NCBI GenBank assembly: GCA_017532085.1
Contig: JAFXJT010000010.1
Location: forward strand, 7,057 to 71,056
Source of the DNA: Oscillospiraceae bacterium
GTDB taxonomy: Bacteria; Bacillota; Clostridia; Oscillospirales; Ruminococcaceae
Direction: 5' to 3'
Length of the DNA: 64,000 bases
Positions 1 through 9,258 of this stretch are shown one piece after another (the stretch's first letter is position 1; each line of letters begins with the position of its first letter). The notes below the pieces were generated by a model that was given only the letters and a program-made list of their open reading frames with translations, was not told the DNA's origin and ran no database searches. The position numbers and the translations under genes are program-made.

Positions 1-680
1 TATACCAGAATGGATTCGCCCAGCATACAAAGTTTATCCCGATAAACGGAAAAATAGTGCTTGTGCGGCAATTGATGATAGTAATCAAGAAATCGCTGCA
101 GCCACGAAGCGGTCAGCTTCGGCAGCAGATCGGCCGGCGGTACATCGGCATCTCCCTGATAGAGTGCGCCGGCAACAGAGGCAAGCTCCGGCGGAAATCC
201 TCCCTTTGGCAGCAGCAGATTGATCCCGATTCCCACAATGGCATAAGAAAGCCGATTGCCTTCGGGGGCTGCTGCGCCCTCAGTCAGAATCCCACAGATC
301 TTTTTTTTCTCATACAGCAGATCATTCACCCATTTGATCTGCACTTTTTTTGCACACACCTGCTCGATGGCTTCACAAGCTGCCACCGCTGCAATCGAGG
401 TCAGAGAAAGTGCCTCGGAAAGGGGCATCTGCGGCCGCAGAAGCAGGCTCAGATATAACCCGCTTTCCTGCGGGGAATAAAAGCTGCGTCCCATTCTGCC
501 TCTGCCTGCCGATTGATGCAGGGCAAGCACCGCTGTGCCTTCGGGAGCATCCTGCTCTGCCATAGTCCGCAGCCTGCCATTGGTAGAAGGCAGCGTATCA
601 TAGACCTGTACCGTACAGGATTCGTCGTTCAGCAAGGCGGCAATGGCCTGTTCCAGCGAGCTGTTCCGCTGCGGCTGCAT
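1..680 (-). CDS. birA: biotin--[acetyl-CoA-carboxylase] ligase (BirA-type, no N-terminal HTH); 3' end lies beyond the window start
   Basis: Absent from the ORF track because it is open at the window edge. The minus-strand frame from ATG 680 (SD GGAGTG 7 nt upstream) reads MQPQRNSS...HQSAGRGRMGRSFYSPQESGLYLSLLLRP...KWVNDL. This carries the GRGRxGR biotin loop and the KWxND motif. Confidence 0.85.
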   Translation of the reverse strand, partial: MQPQRNSSLEQAIAALLNDESCTVQVYDTLPSTNGRLRTMAEQDAPEGTAVLALHQSAGRGRMGRSFYSPQESGLYLSLLLRPQMPLSEALSLTSIAAVAACEAIEQVCAKKVQIKWVNDLLYEKKKICGILTEGAAAPEGNRLSYAIVGIGINLLLPKGGFPPELASVAGALYQGDADVPPADLLPKLTASWLQRFLDYYHQLPHKHYFSVYRDKLCMLGESILV

Positions 681-1046
681 GATGCTTCACTCCTTTCTTT
701 CTCAGCATGATCCTGTTTATTATATCACAGCGCTTCCAAAAGCGCAAGAAGCTTCCTGTTTGTTCCAAAAAAATGATCGCGGCGCACTCTGTTTTATAAC
801 CATATTGCCAATACAACTTTACAGAAAAGTTGTATTGTTCTTTGTTATCCTATTTATCTTTCTTGCGAATATACACGTCCGTACTTGATTTTTCATCGCA
901 CTTATTTTCCCGAAAATGCAGATTAAAACGAACAAAATACGATATTCTCCTATTAAATGCTTGTAAGAATCATGCATATTCATTAATTAAAGTCAGCTGT
1001 CACAAATTTTATAAAATATTGTTGCTAAAATTCTTAGAAAAAACAA

Positions 1047-1076
1047 TTGACAACAAAATCAGAAAAATGATAAAAT
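1047..1076 (+). promoter_or_regulatory. strong sigma-A type promoter (TTGACA - 18 nt - TGaTAAAAT)
   Basis: TTGACA at 1047-1052 and an extended -10 TGATAAAAT at 1068-1076, inside an AT-rich tract at 830-1080. No ORF with an SD follows. Confidence 0.55.
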
Positions 1077-1080
1077 AATT

Positions 1081-1464
1081 GCGGAAGGCTTTCCCCTTTC
1101 ATCCGAAGGACTCTCCGAGCGTACATCAGGGTATCCTTCTACCCTTCTTACAAACAACACAGCACACCATCTACCCATAGATACCCCAACCAATGCACCC
1201 TGCCGATATCGCAGCGGCTTCCGAGCACGGCTCTGTCTGTATATCACAGCAGATCCTCTCTGAAAGCACAGGATATCGGTGATCGCAGCAATGAATTCGA
1301 TCATGGTTTTCGCAGCATACAGCATAAAATCTTCAGCACGCTTGTTCAGATGTTTTCCTCGCGCAGATCACGGTACAAACTGCGCCTTCTTTTCATATGT
1401 GCTGAACGTGAACAGTGTTACTGTCACGGTCGAAAGAGTCCTGTGTGTACGACAGGGCTTTTTT
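1081..1464 (+). ncRNA. candidate orphan non-coding transcript (about 380 nt), class unknown
   Basis: Bounded by the promoter at 1047-1076 and an intrinsic terminator at 1438-1464. Only SD-less ORFs occur inside. Several local helices are visible: GAAGGA 1105-1110 / TCCTTC 1134-1139, CCGATATC 1203-1210 / GATATCGG 1272-1279, and GCGCAG 1361-1366 / CTGCGC 1380-1385. Confidence 0.3.
1438..1464 (+). terminator. intrinsic terminator
   Basis: GTCCTGT-gtgtacg-ACAGGGC forms a 7-bp stem and is followed by TTTTTT. Confidence 0.6.
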
Positions 1465-1745
1465 CATTGCTCCGATGTTCCTTGCTGATACTGCCGAAGA
1501 ATATGCTGCAGTCTTTGCAGTGCCGATGTATTCGGTATTCTTCGGCTGATCTACCCTATTTTTCTTCATTCTCCCAACTCTTTTTTGTTTGCGCTCTCCG
1601 GATTGACTTTTTACCGCCTCTTTATGGAATATTGTTGCTGTTTTATTCTGTACCTCTTGCATTTTTTGTCGCTTTGTGGTACGATAAAATCGGTAATGGA
1701 TACCAAAAAAGAGATGTGTGATTTCAATGCGGGGAGGATTTTTTT

Positions 1746-4439
1746 ATGGCAATCCAGAATCAGATATCCCATACAGGCAGAACAAGACGTGCAGCCGGCG
1801 CACTTGCCATTTGTGCTGTCATGCTCGCTTGCATGAGCCGTGGATATGCTTTGCCGCCTGCCAGCGGTGCTTCGGCCGGTATTAAGGCGTTTCCCGGTGC
1901 TGTGGGCGGCGGTGCTTATGCCACCGGCGGCAGAGGCGGCGAGATCTATCATGTCACCAATCTCAATGACAGCGGGGAAGGCTCGTTCCGGGATGCTGTC
2001 AGCAAATCGGGACGCTTTGTCATTTTCGATGTGAGCGGTACCATCGAGCTGAAAAGCAATATCATTGTTCAGAGCAATGTGACCATCGCCGGTCAGACTG
2101 CTCCGGGCGGCAGCGGCATTACGCTCAAGAATTACAAGCTCGGCATGGGCGGCGATAATATCATCTGTCGGTTCATCAGCTCCCGTCCCGGTCCCTATGC
2201 CTCAACCACCAGCGGCAACGATGCCTGGGGCGGCGCAAAAGGCTCCAACTCCATCATCGATCACTGCTCTATGGGCTGGACCACCGATGAACAATGGGCG
2301 CTCTATTCCAACAATGAATATTACACAGTGCAGTATTCTGTGATCGGCCCTGCCGATTCCTGGGGCGGACACAGCAAAGGCATCCACGGCTTCGGCATCA
2401 TGATGGGCAGAGGCTACTGTACCTTCGATCATAACCTCATTGTACATAATGTTTCCCGTAATTTCCGCGGCAAGGTAGTAGGCACCTCTACTGCCGATTT
2501 CACCAATAATGTCATCTACAACTGGGCATATCAAACCGCTTATGGCACCATCGGCCATCTCAACTATGTCAACAATACCCTTAAGATGGGAAATGGCACC
2601 ACCGGCGGAAAGCACTATGTCTATGTAGACAGCAGTACCAATCCGCAAAATTTCTCGATCTACTGCGCCGGCAACCGGATGCTCAATCGGGATGGCTCTG
2701 TTTACGGTGATGTGACCTATAACAACTGGAACGGTATCTCCGTCAAGAATGGTCTGGGGATTACCAAGGATTCTGTCAAGAGCAACTCCGCATTCCAAAC
2801 CATTGTCAATAACGAAAATGTCTCCACCGCCATGCAATGCGAAAGCGCTGAGGCATCCTATGAGCATGTTCTCACCTTTGCAGGCAACGGCATCGCTTCC
2901 AATCTGCGTACTGCCATTGATCAGCAATCCGCAAACGAAGCCAGAACCGGTACCGGAAATATGAGCGGCAGTGCCGCCTATTCCGATGCAACCGCCGAGG
3001 AAAAAGCAAAGATCGACAGCTATAAAATCCAGTGCAGCACCAACTATACCTACCCTGCTCCCGTGCTGGAGAAAACCATCGTCGATACCGACAGCGACGG
3101 TATGCCCGATGCTTGGGAGACTGCACGCGGTCTCAATCCCAACGATCCTGTGGACTGCTATGGCGACTACTGCGGACAGGGTTATACCAATATCGAATAT
3201 TACTGCAACGATCTGACCATCAACGCATTCCCTCAGGGCGTTGTCACCCTTTCTCCTGAAATGGAACCGGTGGAAACCATCTCTGCATTCGAGACCATTG
3301 AGGCTGAGGCTTTCACCTCGCAAAACGGCGTGGAGACTGAAGAAAACGACAACGGCATCAGCAATGTGGGCTTCATCGAAAACGGAGATTCCATCATGTT
3401 CCGTGCCGTGAACTTCGAGGATGGCGCCGGCAGCTTCTATGCACAGGTTGCTTCTACCACTGACGGCGCTGCTATCGAGGTCTATGTAGGCTCCATGAAC
3501 AGCACGCCTGCGGCAATCTGTCCGGTGCCCAATACCGGTGACTGGCAGCAGTATACCGAGATCTCCTGCAACACCAAAAGCACCATTCGCGGCACACAGA
3601 ATGTCTATCTGAAATTTGTTGGCGGCGACAGCTATCTGCTGAACATCGACAGCTTTGTATTCGGCAGAGACCGTGTGCCCATCAGCGGTACTTGGATCAC
3701 CGATCTGCAGGTGCTGGATGAAGCGCATTATGATGCATGGGCTCTGGGACAGGATCTCAAAGACGGCGCTCCGCTGTTCGGTGACAGAACCGTATCCTAT
3801 ATCGGCGTGCCTTCCGCCTTGATCGGTGCAGAATACATCCTCACTGCCTGCGATTCCAAATTCACCAAAGCAGATCTTGCCTACTTCACTGCCGGCGACG
3901 ATCTCCTTGTCTATGTTGCCATGGATACCCGTGTGTCCCCGCTGCCGGCTTGGCTCTCCGATTGGGAGCCCACTGCTATGACCGTTGCCAATGACGGCGA
4001 TGTTCAATTCGCCCTTTATCAGAAGCAAGTCCCTGCCGGAGAAATCGTTTTGCTGGGACAGAACGGACAGGATGCCTACTGCGTCAACTATACGGTCATG
4101 GCAATCAAAGATCCCAACGCTGTGGAAACCACCACGACAACTACCACTACAACGACGACTACCACAACAACGACGACAACGACTACCACAACGACAACCT
4201 CTTCCATACAGCCGGAAACACCGCTCTATGGCGATATCAACTGCGACGGTATTGTCAAAATTGATGATGTGGTGCTGGGCAGCCGTCTGGTGGGTGAGGA
4301 TCAGACCATAACCATCTTACCACAGGGTATGATCAATGCCGATTGTGCATATGACGGTCAAATCAACGCTTTGGATACCATCAAGATCCTCAGTTTCCTT
4401 GCCGGTCTGACCGCCTTTGAGGAATTGGGACAACCATAA
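1746..4439 (+). CDS. secreted multidomain pectate lyase (PL1-like) with CBM modules, poly-Thr linker and C-terminal type I dockerin
   Basis: Signal peptide present. Catalytic-domain motifs seen: GGGAYATGGRGGEIYHVTNLNDSGEGSFRDAV, IIDHCSMGW and SRNFRGK. An Asp-rich Ca-binding repeat DTDSDGMPDAWE follows. Next comes a CBM6/35-like module (IEAEAF...GDWQQY...IDSFVFG) and a second beta-sandwich-like module. The C-terminus has 24 Thr and the dockerin YGDINCDGIVKIDD...INADCAYDGQINALD. SD GGGGAGG lies upstream. Confidence 0.9.
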   Translation: MAIQNQISHTGRTRRAAGALAICAVMLACMSRGYALPPASGASAGIKAFPGAVGGGAYATGGRGGEIYHVTNLNDSGEGSFRDAVSKSGRFVIFDVSGTIELKSNIIVQSNVTIAGQTAPGGSGITLKNYKLGMGGDNIICRFISSRPGPYASTTSGNDAWGGAKGSNSIIDHCSMGWTTDEQWALYSNNEYYTVQYSVIGPADSWGGHSKGIHGFGIMMGRGYCTFDHNLIVHNVSRNFRGKVVGTSTADFTNNVIYNWAYQTAYGTIGHLNYVNNTLKMGNGTTGGKHYVYVDSSTNPQNFSIYCAGNRMLNRDGSVYGDVTYNNWNGISVKNGLGITKDSVKSNSAFQTIVNNENVSTAMQCESAEASYEHVLTFAGNGIASNLRTAIDQQSANEARTGTGNMSGSAAYSDATAEEKAKIDSYKIQCSTNYTYPAPVLEKTIVDTDSDGMPDAWETARGLNPNDPVDCYGDYCGQGYTNIEYYCNDLTINAFPQGVVTLSPEMEPVETISAFETIEAEAFTSQNGVETEENDNGISNVGFIENGDSIMFRAVNFEDGAGSFYAQVASTTDGAAIEVYVGSMNSTPAAICPVPNTGDWQQYTEISCNTKSTIRGTQNVYLKFVGGDSYLLNIDSFVFGRDRVPISGTWITDLQVLDEAHYDAWALGQDLKDGAPLFGDRTVSYIGVPSALIGAEYILTACDSKFTKADLAYFTAGDDLLVYVAMDTRVSPLPAWLSDWEPTAMTVANDGDVQFALYQKQVPAGEIVLLGQNGQDAYCVNYTVMAIKDPNAVETTTTTTTTTTTTTTTTTTTTTTTTSSIQPETPLYGDINCDGIVKIDDVVLGSRLVGEDQTITILPQGMINADCAYDGQINALDTIKILSFLAGLTAFEELGQP
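4128..4199 (+). repeat. (ACN)24 low-complexity repeat encoding a poly-Thr linker
   Basis: 24 consecutive Thr codons (ACC/ACG/ACA/ACT) lie inside the pectate lyase gene. Confidence 0.95.
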
Positions 4440-4465
4440 GACAATCGCAGACAGCAACAAAAATC

Positions 4466-4507
4466 AAAACGCTGTATCGGAATTTCGGCTCCGGTACAGC
4501 GTTTTTT
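4466..4507. terminator. bidirectional intrinsic terminator between convergent genes
   Basis: AAAACGCTGTATCGG...CCGGTACAGCGTTTTTT, with an A-run on the left and a T-run on the right. Confidence 0.7.
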
Positions 4508-4512
4508 ATGGA

Positions 4513-4986
4513 TCATTTATGATATTTTCCACCCTCGGCAATCTGATAGCCACGATAAATCTGCTCCAGCAGCATCACACGGGCAAGCTGATGAGGGAAT
4601 GTCATGGGAGAAAAGGAAACTCGTTTGGCTGCTGCCTGCTTTACGGCATCGGCCAAACCATGACTGCTTCCGATCACAAAGGTCAATGCCGAACAGCCTC
4701 GCAGAGCAGGCTCGGTTAGATAAGTAGAGAACACCTCGCTGGTGCAGGGTTTTCCCTCAATACACAAAGCGATCAGTTCTCCCTCTGCATGACGCAGAAT
4801 CTGTTCTCCTTCTGCTTGCAGTGCACGGACAATCTCCCCTTCCGAAGGGCATTCCGGCAGTCTTGCTTCGGGCAGCTCGATCCATTGCAGCTTACAATAT
4901 CGCTTGAGTCGTTTGGCATATTCCGCACAAGCCTCCTGCAGCCAGCGTTCCTTCAGTTTGCCCACTGTCAGCAATGTAATCCGCAT
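4513..4986 (-). CDS. rlmH: 23S rRNA (pseudouridine1915-N3)-methyltransferase RlmH
   Basis: MRITLLTVGKLKERWL...FVIGSSHGL...SFSPMTFPHQLARVMLLEQIYRGY is a SPOUT/RlmH signature. The start is taken at the internal ATG 4986, which overlaps the upstream stop as ATGA. Confidence 0.9.
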   Translation of the reverse strand: MRITLLTVGKLKERWLQEACAEYAKRLKRYCKLQWIELPEARLPECPSEGEIVRALQAEGEQILRHAEGELIALCIEGKPCTSEVFSTYLTEPALRGCSALTFVIGSSHGLADAVKQAAAKRVSFSPMTFPHQLARVMLLEQIYRGYQIAEGGKYHK

Positions 4987-5768
4987 CAAAAGACCGTCAT
5001 CTCCCCGCTGGTTTCTACTTTTGCAACCTCCAGCAGATAATCTCTGCCGCGGCACAATCCGGAAAGTGCATTGGCAACCGCTGCCTCTGCCAGGGCAGGC
5101 CGATTGTTTTCCTGACTCAGATGTCCCAGAATCAATCGTGTGGTGCCGCTTTCGATCAGCTTCCGCACTTGCTGGGCGCAATCGGTATTGGACAAATGTC
5201 CCACATTGGAAAGAATCCGCTTTTTTACATAGGGCGGATACCGTCCTGCCCGCAGCATCTGCTCGTCATAATTCGCCTCCAGCAGCACCAGATCACAGCC
5301 TGTCAGCGCTTCCTCCACCGTTTTGGTCACATGGCCAAGATCTGTGCACACAGCACAGATTCTTCCATCGGACATCTGCACGCGATATCCACAACTCTGC
5401 ACGGTATCATGGGGTGTGACAAATGCCGTAAGCGCCAGATCTGCCAGTGTAATGGTCTGATTCATTTCCTGCAGGATTGCCGAAGCAGAGACTGCATCAT
5501 GATCAATCAGATTCCGCAGCGTTTTTCCCTGTCCATAGATCGGTACCCTCAATTGCTCCGACAGCACCTTCAATCCACGCACATGATCCGAATGATCATG
5601 GGTAATGAAGACTCCCTGTATGGCAGACATCGCCAGACCACAGCGTTCCATTGCCTGTGCCAGACGACGATAGCTGACACCTGCATCAATCAGCACACCG
5701 CTCTGCAGCGTTCCGATATAGGTTGCATTGCCCTTGCTGGAGCTGAATAGCGAATATAACCGCGCCAT
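4986..5768 (-). CDS. MBL-fold metallo-hydrolase (YycJ/WalJ-like)
   Basis: MARLYSLFSSSKGNATYI...ITHDHSDHVRGL carries the HxHxDH motif. SD AGGAGGG precedes ATG 5768. Confidence 0.85.
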   Translation of the reverse strand: MARLYSLFSSSKGNATYIGTLQSGVLIDAGVSYRRLAQAMERCGLAMSAIQGVFITHDHSDHVRGLKVLSEQLRVPIYGQGKTLRNLIDHDAVSASAILQEMNQTITLADLALTAFVTPHDTVQSCGYRVQMSDGRICAVCTDLGHVTKTVEEALTGCDLVLLEANYDEQMLRAGRYPPYVKKRILSNVGHLSNTDCAQQVRKLIESGTTRLILGHLSQENNRPALAEAAVANALSGLCRGRDYLLEVAKVETSGEMTVF

Positions 5769-5871
5769 GTGCCCGATCCCTCCTGCCGTTTTGATCTTCT
5801 CGGTCGGTATTCTTACCGCCTCGATAAACAAAGGGCGAAATTTCTTTCGCCCTTTCGCAAGTATCATGAAA

Positions 5872-7182
5872 TTAGCCTGCATTTTCCTGCAGCAACGGTT
5901 CTGCTTCATCGGGATGCGTTTCCTTCACGATCTCTGCACCCAATGCCCGCAGCTTGCCTACCATATCGGAATATCCTCGCTCAACATGGAAAATGTCCTC
6001 AACATAGGTCACGCCGGATGCTGCAAGTCCTGCAATCATCAACGCTGCACCCGCTCGCAGATCACAAGCCTTGACCGGTGCACCGGTCAATCTGCCCGTG
6101 CCCTCAATGACGGCAACCTTGCCATCCACTTGAATGTCGGCACCCATACGGCGCAGCTCATCCACATACTGGAACCGCTGCTCCGATACATCCTCTTTCA
6201 CCATGCTTGTCCCTTCCGCCAGACAAAGCAGCGTGGAAATCTGCGGCTGCATATCGGTCGGGAATCCCGGATGAGGACGGGTTTTGACATTGGTTTTGAT
6301 CAGCGGACCGTCTGTAAAAACACGCACCTGATCATGCTCTTCATCTGCTTCAATCTGCACGCCGATCTTTTCCATCACACTGATGATGGAATTCAGATGC
6401 CGTACCGTCACATTCTTCACAAGCACGTTGCCGCCGGTCGCTGCTGCAGCTACCATATAGGTACCTGCCTCAATCTGATCGGGAATGATCGGATAGTCTG
6501 TGCCGTGAAGATATTTGACACCACGAATCTTGATTGTATCGGTGCCGGCACCGATGATATCGGCACCCATAGAGTTCAAAAAGCTTGCCAGGTCCACAAT
6601 ATGCGGTTCCTTTGCCGCATTGCCGATCACAGTAAGTCCTTCTGCCTTGACCGCCGCCAAAATCGCATTGACGGTTGCGCCTACGGTCACCACATCAAAA
6701 AAGATCTGGTTGCCCTTCAGCGGATTGGCCGAAAGATCTACCATACCCTGTTCCAGCTTGCACTGTGCACCCAGCTTCTGGAATGCCTTCAGATGCTGGT
6801 CAATGGGACGAGCACCCAACGGGCATCCACCGGGCATGGATACACGGGCTTTGCTGAACCGACCCAGCAGCGCACCCATGAAATAATAGGATGCTCGCAT
6901 TCTTCTTGCGCTTTCATAGGGCACACAGGTACTCTTGATCCCGGTGGCATCAATTCGATAGGTATGAGGTCCCAGCTTTTCAACAATCGCGCCAAGCTCC
7001 TCCAGAATCTGAAGGCTGATGACGACATCGCTGATATCCGGAACATTTTCAATCACACAAGGCTCATCGCAGAGCAGGACTGCCGGCAGAATCGCTACGA
7101 CTGCATTCTTTGCACCGCTGATTTCTACCTCGCCCATCAGTCTCCGACCGCCCTTGATGACAAATCTGTCGGATGAATTCAC
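5872..7182 (-). CDS. murA: UDP-N-acetylglucosamine 1-carboxyvinyltransferase
   Basis: DRFVIKGGRRLMGEVEISGAKNAVVAILPA... is colinear with MurA throughout. The start is chosen at GTG 7182, which has SD AAGGAGA 7 nt upstream. The ORF-track start at 7275 has no SD. Confidence 0.92.
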   Translation of the reverse strand: MNSSDRFVIKGGRRLMGEVEISGAKNAVVAILPAVLLCDEPCVIENVPDISDVVISLQILEELGAIVEKLGPHTYRIDATGIKSTCVPYESARRMRASYYFMGALLGRFSKARVSMPGGCPLGARPIDQHLKAFQKLGAQCKLEQGMVDLSANPLKGNQIFFDVVTVGATVNAILAAVKAEGLTVIGNAAKEPHIVDLASFLNSMGADIIGAGTDTIKIRGVKYLHGTDYPIIPDQIEAGTYMVAAAATGGNVLVKNVTVRHLNSIISVMEKIGVQIEADEEHDQVRVFTDGPLIKTNVKTRPHPGFPTDMQPQISTLLCLAEGTSMVKEDVSEQRFQYVDELRRMGADIQVDGKVAVIEGTGRLTGAPVKACDLRAGAALMIAGLAASGVTYVEDIFHVERGYSDMVGKLRALGAEIVKETHPDEAEPLLQENAG

Positions 7183-7281
7183 GGTTTTATCTCCTTGCTT
7201 TGTTGGTTTTCGAATGTCAAAAGCTGCAGAGGTATTTTTTTCTGTCCTCTGTGCGCTTTGTATGCCGCGAAACAAAACAGA

Positions 7282-8058
7282 TTACTCTGCCTTCTGGGCA
7301 TTCACACTCTGTGCTTCGCCCTTGCTGTTAAGCCAGTTCACACCACTGCCGTCATATTCTACTACAACGGCCTTCTCAATCACAATGGCAGAAAGCGGCT
7401 TGCTGTCGTTATTCACCTGTACCTTCTGAATGGCAAGGCAATGCTCCAGACCGTCAAAGACCTGTCCGAACACTTCATAGCCGCCATCCAGATAGGGCTG
7501 TCCGCCAAACTGATAGTACATCTTCTTGACAGTATCGCTGAAGGCTTTGCCGTAGGTCGTTTCCATCAGCTTCATATAGTCCTCATTGATCTCCTCACCG
7601 GTGACAATATAGAACTGACTCTTGTTCAGCTTATCCGGACCGATGGCATATGCCACCGCACCCACATAATGCTGCAAATTGCCGGAGATTGTCTGGGCAA
7701 AGCCGTTGCCGCCCCAAGCATCCACACCGCCGGTACCGTTGCCCTTGGGATCGCCGCCCTGAATGACAAAGCCATCCACCACACGATGGAAAATCAACTC
7801 ATCATAAAATCCGCTTTCCACCAGCTTCTTAAAGTTCTCGGCACCCTTTGCAGTCTCCTCCGGAAACAGCTTGATCTTCACATCGCCGTAATCCTTGATG
7901 GTGAGCACAACAATTTCCTCACCCTGCTTCGGCTCTGTGAAATTCACAATCCCTTCATTTTCCAAGGTAACTTCCTTATTACAGGCGCAAAATGTCGGCA
8001 GCGTCATAGCACAGCAAAGCGCTGCAGATACGGCTTTTATCCAAAAATGCTTACGCAT
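7282..8058 (-). CDS. cyclophilin-type peptidyl-prolyl isomerase, lipoprotein
   Basis: The lipobox reads LPTFCAC. Cyclophilin motifs seen: AENFKKLVESGFYDELIFHRVVDGFVIQGGDP and YEVFGQV. SD GAGGAG precedes ATG 8058. Confidence 0.85.
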   Translation of the reverse strand: MRKHFWIKAVSAALCCAMTLPTFCACNKEVTLENEGIVNFTEPKQGEEIVVLTIKDYGDVKIKLFPEETAKGAENFKKLVESGFYDELIFHRVVDGFVIQGGDPKGNGTGGVDAWGGNGFAQTISGNLQHYVGAVAYAIGPDKLNKSQFYIVTGEEINEDYMKLMETTYGKAFSDTVKKMYYQFGGQPYLDGGYEVFGQVFDGLEHCLAIQKVQVNNDSKPLSAIVIEKAVVVEYDGSGVNWLNSKGEAQSVNAQKAE

Positions 8059-8240
8059 AGCGCAAAACTCCTCTGATTGATTTCGTTGTGATTTCCTCGG
8101 CGGGATCTGCAAACAGGCACAAATGGGCGCACTGATCCCACACAGTTACATCCTATTATAACACAGCTTGCAGAATTTGTAAAGCCAATTCTTAACTTTT
8201 TCGTAATTTTTGCAAAAGATTTTCTTATTTTCGAAGCAAT

Positions 8241-9065
8241 TTATTCCGTTTTCGGCTGAAATTCGCTGATTTCGACCGATGTGATCACAATATCCTCCAC
8301 AGGACGCATTGCATTTTCTTCGCCCTGAAGCTTTGCTTCCGTGATGGCATCCAGCACCTCAAAGCCCTCATAAAGCTGACCGAAAATCGTAAGCTGCTGC
8401 GAATAATTCGGAATGCCGCCATGCTCGATAAATGCGTTGGCAACCGGATTCTCTTCGTGATTGCCCTCAAGGAGTCCTGTTTTGATTTCCTCGGTCATCT
8501 CAATGGTATCCACCACAAGAAACCGACTGCCGTTATAATATTTCTGGGTTTTGGTCAGCAGCTGCCAGAAATTGGCATCGGTTTTGGTTGTCAATGCGCA
8601 AAGTGCTCCGCGCAGCGGCCAAAGATTCGGTGTCAGCTCACGCTCCACCAGCTCCTGCGGCTGTTGGATGGCTTCTTCCGTTAAGGTGCCCTCTGTGGTA
8701 GGACTGCCGGCGGAAAAGAAAATCTCCTGCTCCACCCGGAATACATAGGTCTGATCATAATATCCGCTTTGCGCAAGGGAAATGAAATTTTCTACCGCTT
8801 TGGGACATTCCTGCGGATACAATATATAGGTCATATCTCCCAGATTGGTATGCATAATCGCTATGGGATCCCCCGGTTTGGGCTCTTCCAGCTGGATCAT
8901 ATGCACCTCATCCAGATTCAAGGTTGCCGTAATCTTTTCGGACATGGAATACCACACCGAACATAGCAGCGACATCAGCAGCGTAAATGCTGCCATTATG
9001 GTCAGCACCTTGATCAGTTTTGCGGTGCCGGAAGGCAAACCTGCTGTCGGATTGGTTCTTCTCAT
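8241..9065 (-). CDS. membrane-anchored cyclophilin-type peptidyl-prolyl isomerase (divergent paralogue)
   Basis: N-terminal TM segment IMAAFTLLMSLLCSVW. Then CPKAVENFISLAQSGYYDQTYVFRVE...LTIFGQLYEGFEVLD. Confidence 0.75.
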   Translation of the reverse strand: MRRTNPTAGLPSGTAKLIKVLTIMAAFTLLMSLLCSVWYSMSEKITATLNLDEVHMIQLEEPKPGDPIAIMHTNLGDMTYILYPQECPKAVENFISLAQSGYYDQTYVFRVEQEIFFSAGSPTTEGTLTEEAIQQPQELVERELTPNLWPLRGALCALTTKTDANFWQLLTKTQKYYNGSRFLVVDTIEMTEEIKTGLLEGNHEENPVANAFIEHGGIPNYSQQLTIFGQLYEGFEVLDAITEAKLQGEENAMRPVEDIVITSVEISEFQPKTE

Positions 9066-9258
9066 GAGCTTAGGATTCCTTTCTTTTCTGGGTTTATGAC
9101 TCTGCGGAAAAAGACTGCCAATGCATCTTTCTCTTTTCGTTTCAGCACGACTTCTATTATACCTATTTTTTTCCTGCAAGTCAAGAGGGACAACATGCAT
9201 ATTCCCTCGGATTCCCCTCATACAATCCTATCAGTTCATACTGAAGGGAGCGTTATAT

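Noticed and set aside
57-710. Several 65-133-aa plus-strand ORFs at the window start.
   Set aside because: All are antisense to, or out of frame with, the clear birA reading frame on the minus strand.
862-895. A partial resemblance to the element (CTTGCG...CGTACTTGATTTTT) in the AT-rich tract after birA.
   Set aside because: The half-sites are not inverted repeats of each other, the spacing differs, and no CGCTGT box follows.
1081-1464. Possible tmRNA, RNase P RNA or 6S RNA in the birA-pectate lyase gap.
   Set aside because: No GGGG...UUCGAC 5' end or tRNA-like CCACCA 3' end is present, and no ...ALAA-stop tag reading frame exists. No GAGGAAAGUCC or ACAGAA..GGCUUA RNase P cores are present. 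The length does not fit 6S RNA. It is kept only as an unclassified candidate.
4128-4199. A CRISPR-like or minisatellite array.
   Set aside because: The region is simply in-frame Thr codons within a linker. There is no repeat-spacer structure, and no cas genes occur anywhere in the window.
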